64,000 bases of DNA, taken from an uncultured bacterium. Lineage in GTDB: Bacteria; Zhuqueibacterota; QNDG01; DTFT01. Of this stretch, positions 10,228 to 23,460 are shown in pieces. The DNA lies in assembly GCA_963736115.1 (NCBI GenBank), contig CAVTNR010000012.1, positions 1 through 64,000 on the forward strand, written 5' to 3'. The notes under the pieces are model-generated. The model was not told the origin of the DNA. It searched no databases and saw nothing but the letters and a program-made list of their open reading frames with translations. Position 1 is the stretch's first letter. Every line of letters begins with the position of its first letter. The position numbers and the translations under genes were made by a program.

Positions 10228-11153
10228 CGCTTCTGCTCCCCGTAGCTCACGAGTGCGCGCAGGGCGAGCACGATGATGAGGATCGCGCCTTGCGCGCCGA
10301 TCTGCCAGTCGGGCGAGATCTTGAGGAAGATGAGGAAGGAGCCCGCGAGCGCCAGCGTGAGCGCGCCGACCACGGCGCCCAGCGGCGAGACGCGGCCGCC
10401 GATGAATTCGCCGCCGCCGAGGATCACGCCCGCGATGGAATAGAGCGTGTAGCGGTCGGCCACATGCGCGTCGCCCGCCGTGGTGAGGCCCAGCAGCGAG
10501 AGGCCGGAGAGCACGCCGAAGAAGCCCGCCAGCATGTACATGATGATCTTGGTCTTCAGCATCGACCAGCCGGCGCGCGTCAGCGCCTTGGGATTGCCGC
10601 CGGCACCGCGCGCGATGACGCCATAGGACGAGAGCATGAGCGCCAGATGGACGGCGACGCCGATGACGATGGCGGCGATGATGGGGAAGGGCACCACCGG
10701 CGTCTGCAGCGCCATCAGGGCTTTCAGGCAGGCCGGCGCCTTGCCGCCCGGTGACGGCAGGATGAGCACGGCAATGCCGAGCCAGACGAAGGACAGTCCG
10801 AGCGTCACCACGATGGAGGGCAGGTTGCGCAGGTGGATCAGCGCGCCAACCGCGCCATAGGCGGCGATCAGCACGAGCAGCGCCAGAATGCCCAGCAGCG
10901 GGATTGTCGAGCAGCAGCGTGGCGCCGATGCAGCTCACGAGGCCGACGAAGGGGCCGATCGAGAGATCGAGGTCGTTGACCGTGATGATGAACATCTGCG
11001 CGATGGTGGCGAGCGCAATCGGCACCGCATATTGCAGCATCAGGTTGAGGCCGAAATAGCTCATGGTGCGCGGCTGCACGATGAAGGTGGCGATCAGCAC
11101 CACGGCCAGCGAGATGAAGGGCAGGGCGTGCCCGCAGCAGTCGCCGGTATCAT
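10224..11153 (-). CDS. Sugar ABC transporter permease (frameshifted)
   Basis: NDLDLSIG; NLPSIVVTLG; SIAGVILGGGEFIGG. Confidence 0.85.
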
Positions 11154-12591
11154 GCGGCGTGCTCCGCGAAGGAGGCATGCAGCACTTTTTCCTCGGTCAG
11201 TTCGTCAGTGCCGAGGCTGGCGACGATGGCGCCATTCCGGAACACATAGGCGCGGTCGCAATGCGACAGTTCGTCGATCTCGGTCGTGTACCAGATGAAG
11301 GTGCGGCCCTCGTCGGCCTGCGCACGGATCATGCGCGTAGACTTCCTGCTTGGTGCCGATGTCGACGCCGCGCATCGGGTCGTCCATCAGGATGATCGCG
11401 GCATCGGAGGCCAGCGCCCGGGCGAACAGCGCCTTCTGCTGGTTTCCGCCGGACAGCGTGAGGATGTTGTTGTTCACGTCCGGCGTGCGGATCGCCATGC
11501 TTGGCCTTCCACTCATCGGCGAGCTTCGCTTCCGCGCCAAGGTCGATGAGGAAGCCCTTGCGGAGGGCTTTAAGCGAACGGATCGTGATGTTGCGGCCGA
11601 TGGACCAGAGATTGAAGACGCCGTCGGACTGGCGGTCGCCGGCGATGAAGGCCTGGGCTCCCTTCACCTGGGCGCTGTCCCGCGCATAGATCTGCAGCAG
11701 CATCCGCGTCTGGCCATGGCCTGCGAGGCCGGTGAGGCCGACGATTTCGCCCTTGCGGGCTTCGAGCGCGATCGAGCCGCCGGTCTTTGGTGTCGGCCTT
11801 TGCCAGAACTTCGCCGGTCGCGGCCTTGGCAGCCTGCCGCGTGTGCTCGCGGGCTTCCGAGCCCATGGCGGCGACCAGCGAGTTGCGGGTGAAATCGGCG
11901 GCCTTGCGTTCGGCCACGGTCTTTCCGTCCTTCATCACGACGATGCGGTCGGAGGTGGAGAGGATTTCGCCGAGCAGATGGGAGATCAGGATGATCGAGG
12001 TGCCGCGCGCGGTCTCCTTGCGCACATAGGCGAGGAGTTGCTCGGCGGTGACGGCATCGAGCGAGGAGGTCGGCTCGTCGAGGATGACGAGGCGCAAGGC
12101 GCCTTCGGTCACTGTGAAGGCGCGGGCGATTTCGGCCATCTGGCGCTTGCCGATGGCGAGGTCGGCGATTTCGTCGTCGGGGCTGATGCCGTGGCCGGGG
12201 AAAATCTCATCGAGCTTGGCTGAAATGATGCTGCTGGCGCGCTTCTTCCAGCCGAGGCCCTTGAGGCTGCGATGCACGATGCGGGTGTTCTCGGCCACCG
12301 TCAGGTTGGGGCAGAGCGACAGTTCCTGGAACACGCAGCGCACGCCCTTGGGCCTGTGCGGCGGCGGCGTTCCATGTGCCTGAGTATTTCGTTCCGCCCA
12401 CGGACAATTCACCGGCAGACGGGCGTGAGGTTGCCGCTCAGCACGTGCATGAGGGTGGACTTGCCGGCGCCATTGTGGCCGACGAGCCCAAGGCATTCGC
12501 CCGCGGCGACGCTCAAGGTCACACCCGCCAAGGCACGGACGGCGCCGAAAGATTTTTCGACGCCGTCCAGTCTGATTGCTTCGGAGGACAA
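11150..12591 (-). CDS. Sugar ABC transporter ATP-binding protein, double domain (multiple frameshifts)
   Basis: Walker [10 protein letters not shown]; [10 protein letters not shown]; LSGGNQQK; [13 protein letters not shown]. Confidence 0.9.
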
Positions 12592-12594
12592 GCC

Positions 12595-13605
12595 TTACTT
12601 GCCCGCGACGACCTTGGCTGCGTCTTCAGCCGAGTATTCGACGTTGGCGACGCCGCCCTTTTCGGTGGTGGCGAGGCTGGCTTCGAGATTGTCCTGGTCG
12701 ATGCGGAGGAACGGCACGGTCAGGTCCTTCGGCACTTCCTTGCCGTCGAGGATCATCTGCGCCACCCAGAAGGCCAGCGTCGAGACGCCCGGCGCGATGG
12801 AGACGGACATGGTCTCGTAGCCATTGGCGTCCTTCTGTTCCTTCCACCACTGCAGCTCGTCCTGGCGGTTGCCCATGATGATCATGGGCGTCGGGCGGCC
12901 TGCGGCGGCAAAGGCCTGCGCGGCGCCATAGCCGTCACCGCCCTGCGTCACCACGGCCTTGACCTCGGGCAGCGACGGCAGGATGCCGGCGACGGCCTTC
13001 TGCGCCACTTCCTGCGCCCAGTCGCCATGGACGGAGCCGACGATCTTGAACTGCGGGTTCTTGGCGACGGTCTCGTTGATGCCCTTGGAAATTTCATCAT
13101 CCACGAAGACGCCGGCAAGGCCGCGGATTTCGAGCAGGTTGCCGCCTTCCGGCATCTTCTTGGCGAGGTACTCGACTTCGGAGGCGCCCATGGCCTTGAA
13201 GTCGACGGCGATCCGCCAGGCGCAGGGCTCGGTCACGATGCCGTCGAAGGAGACGACGATGATGCCGGCATCGCAGGCCTGCTTCACCACACCGTTCAGG
13301 GCGTCGGGCGAGGCGGCGTTGATGACGATGGCGTTGTAGCCCTGCAGAATCAGGTTCTGGATCTGCGCGGCCTGTTCGGTCACCTGGTTTTCGGAGGTGG
13401 TGAAGGGATCGGCAGCGGCCACGATTCCGGCTGCCACGGCGGGCTTCGTCACCTTGTCCCAGCTCTTCAGCATGGCCTGGCGCCAGGAGTTTCCGGCATA
13501 GTTGTTGGACAACGCGATCTTCTTGTCCTTGGTGTCGGCCATGGCGCTTCCGGCGGCCAGCATGGCGGCAAGGGCGATGGTGCAGGCGAGGGTCTTCTTG
13601 AACAT
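12595..13605 (-). CDS. Sugar ABC transporter periplasmic substrate-binding protein
   Basis: Signal peptide; IALSNNYAGNSWRQAM; intact 336-aa ORF heading the ABC operon. Confidence 0.92.
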   Translation of the reverse strand: MFKKTLACTIALAAMLAAGSAMADTKDKKIALSNNYAGNSWRQAMLKSWDKVTKPAVAAGIVAAADPFTTSENQVTEQAAQIQNLILQGYNAIVINAASPDALNGVVKQACDAGIIVVSFDGIVTEPCAWRIAVDFKAMGASEVEYLAKKMPEGGNLLEIRGLAGVFVDDEISKGINETVAKNPQFKIVGSVHGDWAQEVAQKAVAGILPSLPEVKAVVTQGGDGYGAAQAFAAAGRPTPMIIMGNRQDELQWWKEQKDANGYETMSVSIAPGVSTLAFWVAQMILDGKEVPKDLTVPFLRIDQDNLEASLATTEKGGVANVEYSAEDAAKVVAGK

Positions 13606-13648
13606 TGGGTCCTCCCGAGACAGTGGCGAGCCCTCTCAAACGAGGCTC

Positions 13649-13721
13649 ATACTAACATGTTAGCATACCAGATCGCCCTCGCAACCGCCCCGCAACGCAG
13701 GTGCACAAGTTTGTCGTACAA
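13649..13721. promoter_or_regulatory. Putative repressor operators upstream of the ABC operon
   Basis: Near-perfect palindrome ATACTAACATGTTAGCAT (13649-13666) and TTGTCGTACAA (13711-13721), which resembles GntR/FadR boxes. Confidence 0.45.
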
Positions 13722-13741
13722 TTGAGATGGATCAAGTGGCG

Positions 13742-13859
13742 GCCCTCATCCGTCGCTCCGCGCCACCTTCTCCCATGGCTGCGCCACGGGAGAAGGAAGT
13801 GAAGGAGCCTTCTCCCGTTCGAAGAATGGGAGAAGGTGGCCGAAGGCCGGATGAGGGCT
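13742..13859. repeat. Alphaproteobacterial intergenic palindromic element (RIME/CIR-like)
   Basis: GCCCTCATCCG...CACCTTCTCCC..GGGAGAAGG...CCTTCTCCC..GGGAGAAGGTG...CGGATGAGGGC: two inner hairpins enclosed by terminal inverted repeats. Confidence 0.75.
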
Positions 13860-13931
13860 CTTCGCGCCATCCATTGCGCCAGCGCGCGTGATGCTCTATA
13901 GGCTCGGCTCATGGCACACGCGCGGAACATC

Positions 13932-13997
13932 ATGTCCAGCCCAGCAGCTCTTCCGCTGCCGCTCGCGCTTGGCCGCCTCCTTCTTAGCTGCCCCTGA
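13932..13997 (+). CDS. leuA leader peptide MSSPAALPLPLALGRLLLSCP (in-frame upstream ATG at 13911)
   Basis: 7 Leu in 21 codons including a CTC-CTT-CTT run; stop codon lies in hairpin CCCCTGAGGG...CTCTTCAGGGG; 80 nt upstream of leuA. Confidence 0.75.
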   Translation: MSSPAALPLPLALGRLLLSCP

Positions 13998-14078
13998 GGG
14001 CCGGCCGGGCTTCTGCCCTGGCTCTTCAGGGGATCGCAGTTCACCAGCTAAGCCAGGCACAGAAGAGAGTTTCCGACC

Positions 14079-15753
<1,675 letters not shown>

Positions 15754-15756
<3 letters not shown>

Positions 15757-15782
15757 ACAAGGGGCGGCGGGCCATGTATAGA
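15754..15782 (+). promoter_or_regulatory. Sigma70-type promoter for tRNA-Lys
   Basis: TAGACA-N17-TATAGA followed by a GC-rich discriminator. Confidence 0.55.
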
Positions 15783-15828
15783 GCCCGCCGTCGGCCCCGG
15801 ATTTCGGGGCCGTACGTCCTTCATGGAC

Positions 15829-15904
<76 letters not shown>

Positions 15905-16261
15905 TTAAAATCACACATCGAAGTCGAGATGATTGGGAAGCTCCTGCGGATGTGGGCGTGTACCGGCTGCATGTCATGCAAATTTTTGTCCTCGCGCTGA
16001 CACTGACCATCCGTTCTTCTCGCAAGAGAAGCAAACACCGGCCGCACACATGCCGAGACGGTTGGGATACTGCTCTACAACAGAAAATCGACCAGGAAGG
16101 CCAAACCTGAAATCAGGGGCAGGGTCCAGAAGAGAACTTGCATGGACGAAATGTCGATTTCTTGTTGAGCTGGTGTCACGTGGGGCTCGTTCTCTTTCGG
16201 CGACCTGGAGTAATTACGCCGAAACGGTCGGCTGGCATGAAGTTTTCGCAAGATGCCTCGA

Positions 16262-16597
16262 TCAGGCGGCGTGTCCGATAAGCTTGGCGCGGCAGAACGG
16301 ACGCTCTGACCCCGAACTGTCGGCCACGGCGAAGCCGACGCACACGGCATCTTCCGGATCGATGGTGAAACAGCGCTCTGCATCGTTCCAGTAAATCCGG
16401 TCGCCCACCTGCCAGTCCTCGGAAGGCGCTCTGTCGAGATCGAAGACCCCCGCCGTGCTGATCACGACACTGTCGCCAGCCTGTGCCCATGTCTGGGCGA
16501 TGCCGAACAACGCGCCCTTGAGCACACCACCACCGGGTTGAACCTCGTAAGGCGCGGCAATCTCGACATTGAGGCCCTGATGCACAAAGCTGTTCAT
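16262..16597 (-). CDS. DUF2190 / phage capsid-cement-like protein
   Basis: MNSFVHQG...APY.V..GGGVL.GALFGIA...GVFDL...WQVGDRIYWND. Confidence 0.75.
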   Translation of the reverse strand: MNSFVHQGLNVEIAAPYEVQPGGGVLKGALFGIAQTWAQAGDSVVISTAGVFDLDRAPSEDWQVGDRIYWNDAERCFTIDPEDAVCVGFAVADSSGSERPFCRAKLIGHAA

Positions 16598-16649
16598 GGA
16601 ATTTCCCCTGTGATTCGGTTTTAGAAAGACAGTCGAGACCAGGCTGCCA

Positions 16650-17009
16650 CTACTGGCTTGCCCAAAGCACGCGCGCGAGATACGTCACGTCATCGGGCTT
16701 TATCAGCACCTCGCGCCGAGACTTGCCGCCGAGCGTAACGGAAATGGCAGTGTTGTCACGGTGAACCAGCACGCCACCGATGAGTCCGAGCCGACCTGAT
16801 TCGATGACGATACGGTCGCCTACTGCAATCGGCACACCGTCCGATACGATCAGCATGTCGCCATGGCCGTACAGCGGCAGCATGGAATTGCCGAATACCT
16901 TGATGGTGCGGCCCTTGCTCACCTCGGGCGCAAGACCATTCATGGAGCGCTCCATTTCAAAGATGTCCTCACAGATGAAAGAATGATTGGAACACGACTG
17001 CGCCGCCAT
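16650..17009 (-). CDS. Stand-alone S24 (phage-repressor C-terminal-like) domain protein, no HTH
   Basis: VFGNSMLPLYGHGDMLIVS...VGDRIV...LARVLWASQ. Confidence 0.7.
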   Translation of the reverse strand: MAAQSCSNHSFICEDIFEMERSMNGLAPEVSKGRTIKVFGNSMLPLYGHGDMLIVSDGVPIAVGDRIVIESGRLGLIGGVLVHRDNTAISVTLGGKSRREVLIKPDDVTYLARVLWASQ

Positions 17010-17021
17010 AGGCAGCGCTAC

Positions 17022-17654
17022 CTAGATTCGCTTCCGGAATCGGGTCGGCGTGCGACGGGGCACCAGAAGGAGAAAGCGCAGGAGTTGCGGCAGCGATGTT
17101 GCCTGCATCTTGGCCAGAATGGCAGCGCGGTGATGATCGACGGTTCGGACGCTTATCGAGAGTTCGGTTGCAATAGCGGAGCTTGAGTAGCCCTGAACCA
17201 CCATTCCTGCGACATCACGCTCGCGCGGGGTCAACGTTGCGTAACGCTCGCCCACGGCACGGACGAGTGAATGCTCCTCACCCATGCGCCCGTTTGCACT
17301 GATTGCCGTGCCAATGCTCTCCGCGAGAACCTCGTCCACCACCGGCTTCTCGATGAAGTCGGCCGCCCCGCTTTTCATCGCCTGCACCGCCATTGGCACA
17401 TCGGCGTGACCGGTGATGATGATGACCGGCGGAGCACTCTCCATCTTGCTCAGCATTTGAAGCATTTGCAGACCGTCGATCTCAGGCATGCGGACGTCGA
17501 GCACGATACAGTCAGGCCTCGTCGTCTCGATCTCGCGCAACGCGTGGTGAGCAGAAGAGCAGGTCACGGTCTGGTAGCCATAGGTTGAGAGCACGGATGA
17601 AAGCGACTCCCTCACCGCTGCTTCGTCATCAATGATCATGACCGTCTGTGTCAT
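17022..17654 (-). CDS. FixJ/LuxR-family response regulator
   Basis: IIDDE; LDVRMP; TGHADVPMAVQAMKSGAADFIEKP; LTPRE...LSISVRTVDHHR. Confidence 0.93.
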   Translation of the reverse strand: MTQTVMIIDDEAAVRESLSSVLSTYGYQTVTCSSAHHALREIETTRPDCIVLDVRMPEIDGLQMLQMLSKMESAPPVIIITGHADVPMAVQAMKSGAADFIEKPVVDEVLAESIGTAISANGRMGEEHSLVRAVGERYATLTPRERDVAGMVVQGYSSSAIATELSISVRTVDHHRAAILAKMQATSLPQLLRFLLLVPRRTPTRFRKRI

Positions 17655-19304
17655 TTCGTTTCCCCTTCATTGTGCACGACCGGCAGCGTGAAAACGAATG
17701 TCGCCCCCTTTGGCGAAGATCCATCGAGCCAGAGCTCGCCGCCGTGACTCCGTATGATGCTGCTGCACAGCGAAAGCCCCAGCCCCAAACCATCAGGCTT
17801 TTCTGATTTCAACGGATGGAACAACAGCGGCTGAAGGTCCGGCGACACGCCCGGTCCCGTATCGCTGACGCTGATTTCAGCAAAGCCGGGGCGGCTGACA
17901 ACCGATACCCGAACCACGATTTCGCCATGGTATGCACCGCTCATCGCGATGGCGTCCTTCGCATTGCGAAGCAGGTTGAGGATGACCTGCTGAATCTGGA
18001 CCTCGTTGCAGATCGCCATTTGATGAGGGAGTGGGCTGAGGAGACGAAGCTCGATTCCGGCCTTTCTTAGTTCCGGCTCCATCAGCGCCAAGGATGAGCC
18101 TACGACGCCGGCAATATCCAGCCGTTCCTGATGCTCACCTCCGCGTTCGAGGAACCTCCTGGTAGAGCGCAGCAGCGTTGCCGCCGCGTCGACCTGTACG
18201 ACGGCAGCATCGATATCGCTCTGGATGGCTGCAGCGTCGCCGCTACCCGAGGCGAGCCGCCGCTTCACCGCCCGCACATAATTCCGAATGGAACTCAAAG
18301 GCTGGTTCAGCTCATGGGCCAGTGCTGCGGCAATCTCGCTTGCCAGAGACAGGCGAGACGCCTGCAGGAGAGCGCTCTGGCTTTCCTGCAGATTGCGATG
18401 GGATTCCGCAAGCTGTTCAACCGCCCGCTCGCGGTCGCTCACGGCCGCGCCGAGAAACAGACCCGTCACGGACAGCGACAGCATCAGGAACTGAAGCTCG
18501 GTGGCAGTCGATGCCTCATAACTTCGCACAGTAAAGAATGAACAGCATCAGTGCGTCGCTCAGGAAGACCGAGAGCGCGGCACCCCGTGACCCATCCTTC
18601 ACGGCAAAGGCGATGACCGGCACAAAGACGAGATAGAAGAACTTGAACTCGTCGATGACGCGAATACCGAAGACCATGACTGACGCGATGACCAACGCTC
18701 CGAGAAAGGCCCATTGCGCGCCTGTCCAGCGCGCCAGGTAGTCCTTCCAGCCGGTCCAGCCTGCAAACGTGAGAAAGAAGGGGACAAGCGTCATCAGTGC
18801 GATCAGATTGCCGATGGACAGCGTCGCCGTGTAGCTCAGGAGATAGCTTGGCTCAATCCCGATGCTTTGCCAGAGGATCACAAGGCGGACGGCTGCATAG
18901 GCGAGCGTGATGAGAACTGAAATGATGAGCAGGCGGATGACAGTCTGAACGTGACTTGCCGTTGCCGCCATGAGCCAGGGTTTCACTGCCACGGCGACGC
19001 CCGTGAAGAGTAATGCTCGCAATATGGCCGAAGCGAACTCCCATGAACCGGGAAGTGACCATCCCCATAGTCGCGTGCTGACGAGCATGCAGATGGTCAC
19101 CGTCACGACCGCCGGTCTGCCCAAAATCAAACCTGCCGCGAATGCCAGGCCGGTCGACGGCGTCCATGGAGATGTCCGCAGATCTGTAGCCTGGAATATT
19201 GATGCCAGGCGTGAGAGCACAAGGAAAAGCAGGAACAGGCCGGCATGAAGCAGGACTTGCCGCAGCAGCGCGGCCGCCCATCCGCCCGCGTCATGCTTGT
19301 TCAT
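17651..19304 (-). CDS. Membrane sensor histidine kinase, MASE1-like input (frameshift near 18525)
   Basis: Multi-TM N-terminal half; H-box AHELNQPL; N-box NLLRNAKDA; DTGPG; GLGLGL. Confidence 0.85.
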
Positions 19305-19556
19305 TGCTTGCAATGGCAGCTTTCGGTTCGACGGTTTTCCTTGGCTGAGCTTAGCCTGCCGATGGCGGGACGCAAATGTCATTCAAGCACTGAGGACCAC
19401 AAGCATTGAAGAAAAGCGGACCACGCAACTGGATGGCAGGGGATGGGGAAGTGTTGCGCGGTCCGCCCTTTGGTGGGGTCCTCCTTAAACTCGAGCCAGT
19501 TGACTTCGAGGCGATTTGATTTTCTCTCATCGACACTCTCGTGCCAATGGGCAGGG

Positions 19557-19778
19557 TTACCTATCCCTGCTTGCCTTGAAATTCGCCATGAGGCGAGACT
19601 CCGGGTAGACGTCGACCAGCCCGCAGTGTGGGCACTTGCATTCGATGAGCGAAGACTGTGCGTCTTCCGGCGAGCACCGGATATCGCCGCCGCAATTGCT
19701 GCAACTGACCGAGAGCTGCTGCTCCGGCACGAAGAGCAGTGGATCGCTGCCTTTTATTATATTCTTTTCGTGGATCAT
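19557..19778 (-). CDS. Small zinc-ribbon-like protein
   Basis: CSNC...CPHC; overlaps upstream ORF by 4 nt. Confidence 0.45.
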   Translation of the reverse strand: MIHEKNIIKGSDPLLFVPEQQLSVSCSNCGGDIRCSPEDAQSSLIECKCPHCGLVDVYPESRLMANFKASRDR

Positions 19779-20080
19779 GAGTGCACGCGGAACCAGCAGC
19801 GCGCCGAGGTCTCCACTGATTTTGCCTCATGCACTATGATTTCGGCCGACGCTGTTTCGCCGATCTGCAATGACAGCGGTTCGTCGTGGAGAAACGCAAG
19901 TGACGCCGTGTTGCTGTCGGTCACGAAATCGCCTTCGCCCGAAACCGAGAAAAAGGAACGATTTACGTTGATTCGTGCGTCTACGTTGACACTGCGGCCG
20001 TCGGGGAAGCGAAGCAAGGCGGGTCCACTGGCGGAGAGGGTTTTCAGCAAGCTGTCCTCCTGAAATTGTTGACACCTCAA
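19775..20080 (-). CDS. Hypothetical protein
   Basis: ~100-aa ORF coupled to the zinc-ribbon ORF. Confidence 0.4.
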   Translation of the reverse strand: MRCQQFQEDSLLKTLSASGPALLRFPDGRSVNVDARINVNRSFFSVSGEGDFVTDSNTASLAFLHDEPLSLQIGETASAEIIVHEAKSVETSARCWFRVHS

Positions 20081-20469
20081 TCAATCACTGTTCGCCAAGG
20101 GGGGCCATGGGCAGGACTACCTATCATTTTATGATTGTGCAGGAGTGCCGCCGAACGGGACCGGGCTGCCGAAGCACGGTGTTCAGGCGGCATCACCTTT
20201 ACCGGACACTGTGGGGATACCTTGCGCCCTCCGTGACCTTTGGCATGGCCGAGGCCGGCGCAGTCGTTTCAATGGCCACGATCCTGGTGTCCTGGTCGAC
20301 TTCACATGGGCATTTGCATCTCCGAAGCCTTGGCATGCTTCAGGATCTTCAATTTACGCTGAATCTCGCGATCTTTCGTGGTCATCGAAGACATCCTCCC
20401 AGCCCAGTAGGGCTATGAAATCGGATGTCTCGCAAGATCGTACATATCTACACTCTTTAGCCGATACTC

Positions 20470-22092
<1,623 letters not shown>

Positions 22093-22236
22093 CTACATGG
22101 TGCGTGAACTGGCGTCGACCGGCAAGAGGGCAGGAGTAGGGGATAAGGGCGTGGAACAAACTGGCCACTGCGGTGTTAATGAGCGCCGCTTGACGAATGA
22201 TCCATCCGCAATCGGCAGGCATCAAAGGAGTTTCAT

Positions 22237-22566
22237 TTGCACAGCACTGTCAATCCTGCTCGTTTCGTCGGCAAGGACGTTACTCTCAGTCCGCTCTCGA
22301 GAGGTCAGTCCGCAGTCCTGCTCGATGGGCTCCGCATTGGCCGCGTCAGCCATGTGAGTGAGAACCAGAATGGAAAGGAATGGCTTTGGTGCTTGACGGG
22401 TCCCTATTGCGAAACCGCTCCCCCAACTGCTCCCATGATGGGTGAGGCGCGTTCGCTTGCTGAAGCAAAAGTCCAGTTGAAACAGTCTTTCGATGTGTGG
22501 CTTGGATGGGCACTTGAGCAGAGCACACCTGTACATTGGCATTGGTCAGAAGCATTGGCAGCTTGA
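22237..22566 (+). CDS. Hypothetical protein
   Basis: 109-aa ORF after AAGGAG; W.W.L.GP...GEA.SL.EAK..F..WL.WA pattern. Confidence 0.5.
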   Translation: MHSTVNPARFVGKDVTLSPLSRGQSAVLLDGLRIGRVSHVSENQNGKEWLWCLTGPYCETAPPTAPMMGEARSLAEAKVQLKQSFDVWLGWALEQSTPVHWHWSEALAA

Positions 22567-22635
22567 GATCTGGTCAAACGCTCACTTGTGAACACAACTC
22601 TTTGAAAACCGGCGCGGGAGTGTCGAACGGTCACA

Positions 22636-23298
22636 CCCCGCAAAAACGAGAACCGGTTCGGCTCCCGAATCCGGTCTGGCGGACTCCCATTCGGTATTCA
22701 GCGGGCCGTCGAGTATCCAGGCGGGCCTGTGCATGAAAATAAAAATCGTCTCCGTCTGCGGTCCGGACCGTGCCGCTTGTTTCAGAAAAGCGGTCTGCCG
22801 GGGTCCGAGCCCTCCCCTGCCGGACGGGGCCTCGGATTCCGTATCGAGCAGGATAAACCGGCTCCCCGCGAAATCGAATGTTTGACGCGTGACTCCGAAC
22901 CGTTCGATCCAGGCCGCGCGGCCCGCGGGGTTGGAAATGTCATGATTTCCGGGCACGAGAAAAAGCGGCACCTGGAGAGAATCCAGATGGCGCAGGGCCT
23001 CGTCCCATTGCGTTTTCAGAACCGCGGCTGACGATCCGCCTGAAATCAGATCCCCGATGTGGACGGCAAAATCGGGTTTCAACCGGTTCGTCTCCGCGAT
23101 GGCGCGGTCCAGAATTCCCCATGAATCCGGCCCGGAACCCGTGCGGTCGCCGATTACGACGAAACGGAGAGACGAAGGCGTCTTTCCCGTAAGCTGGACC
23201 GGAGAATTCCATTCGCGGCCGAGGCCGGTTCCCGCGGCAGACAGGGAGATCAGAAAAAAAACGATCCGCGCCAGCCGGTTTTGAAACGAATGCATCAC
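22636..23298 (-). CDS. Exported calcineurin-like metallophosphoesterase, truncated at the junction
   Basis: IGDRTG, HIGDL, PGNHD, FMHRP; ends at VFAG where the GHxH motif should follow. Confidence 0.85.
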
Positions 23299-23460
23299 AG
23301 CCTTTCCACGGGTTGAGTTTATACGGTAAATGTAGGCATAAAAAATCGATAATGCAAAATTTCGGAAAACCGGGAACCTTTATGTTTCCAGTGTCGTTTG
23401 TATTGAACAGTGAAACTGCAATAATGTTCCTGAACCCGCACCAAAAAGGAGCTAAGTATC

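Noticed and set aside
9280-11178. Single 632-aa fused permease
   Set aside because: Artefact of a frameshift joining two adjacent permease genes.
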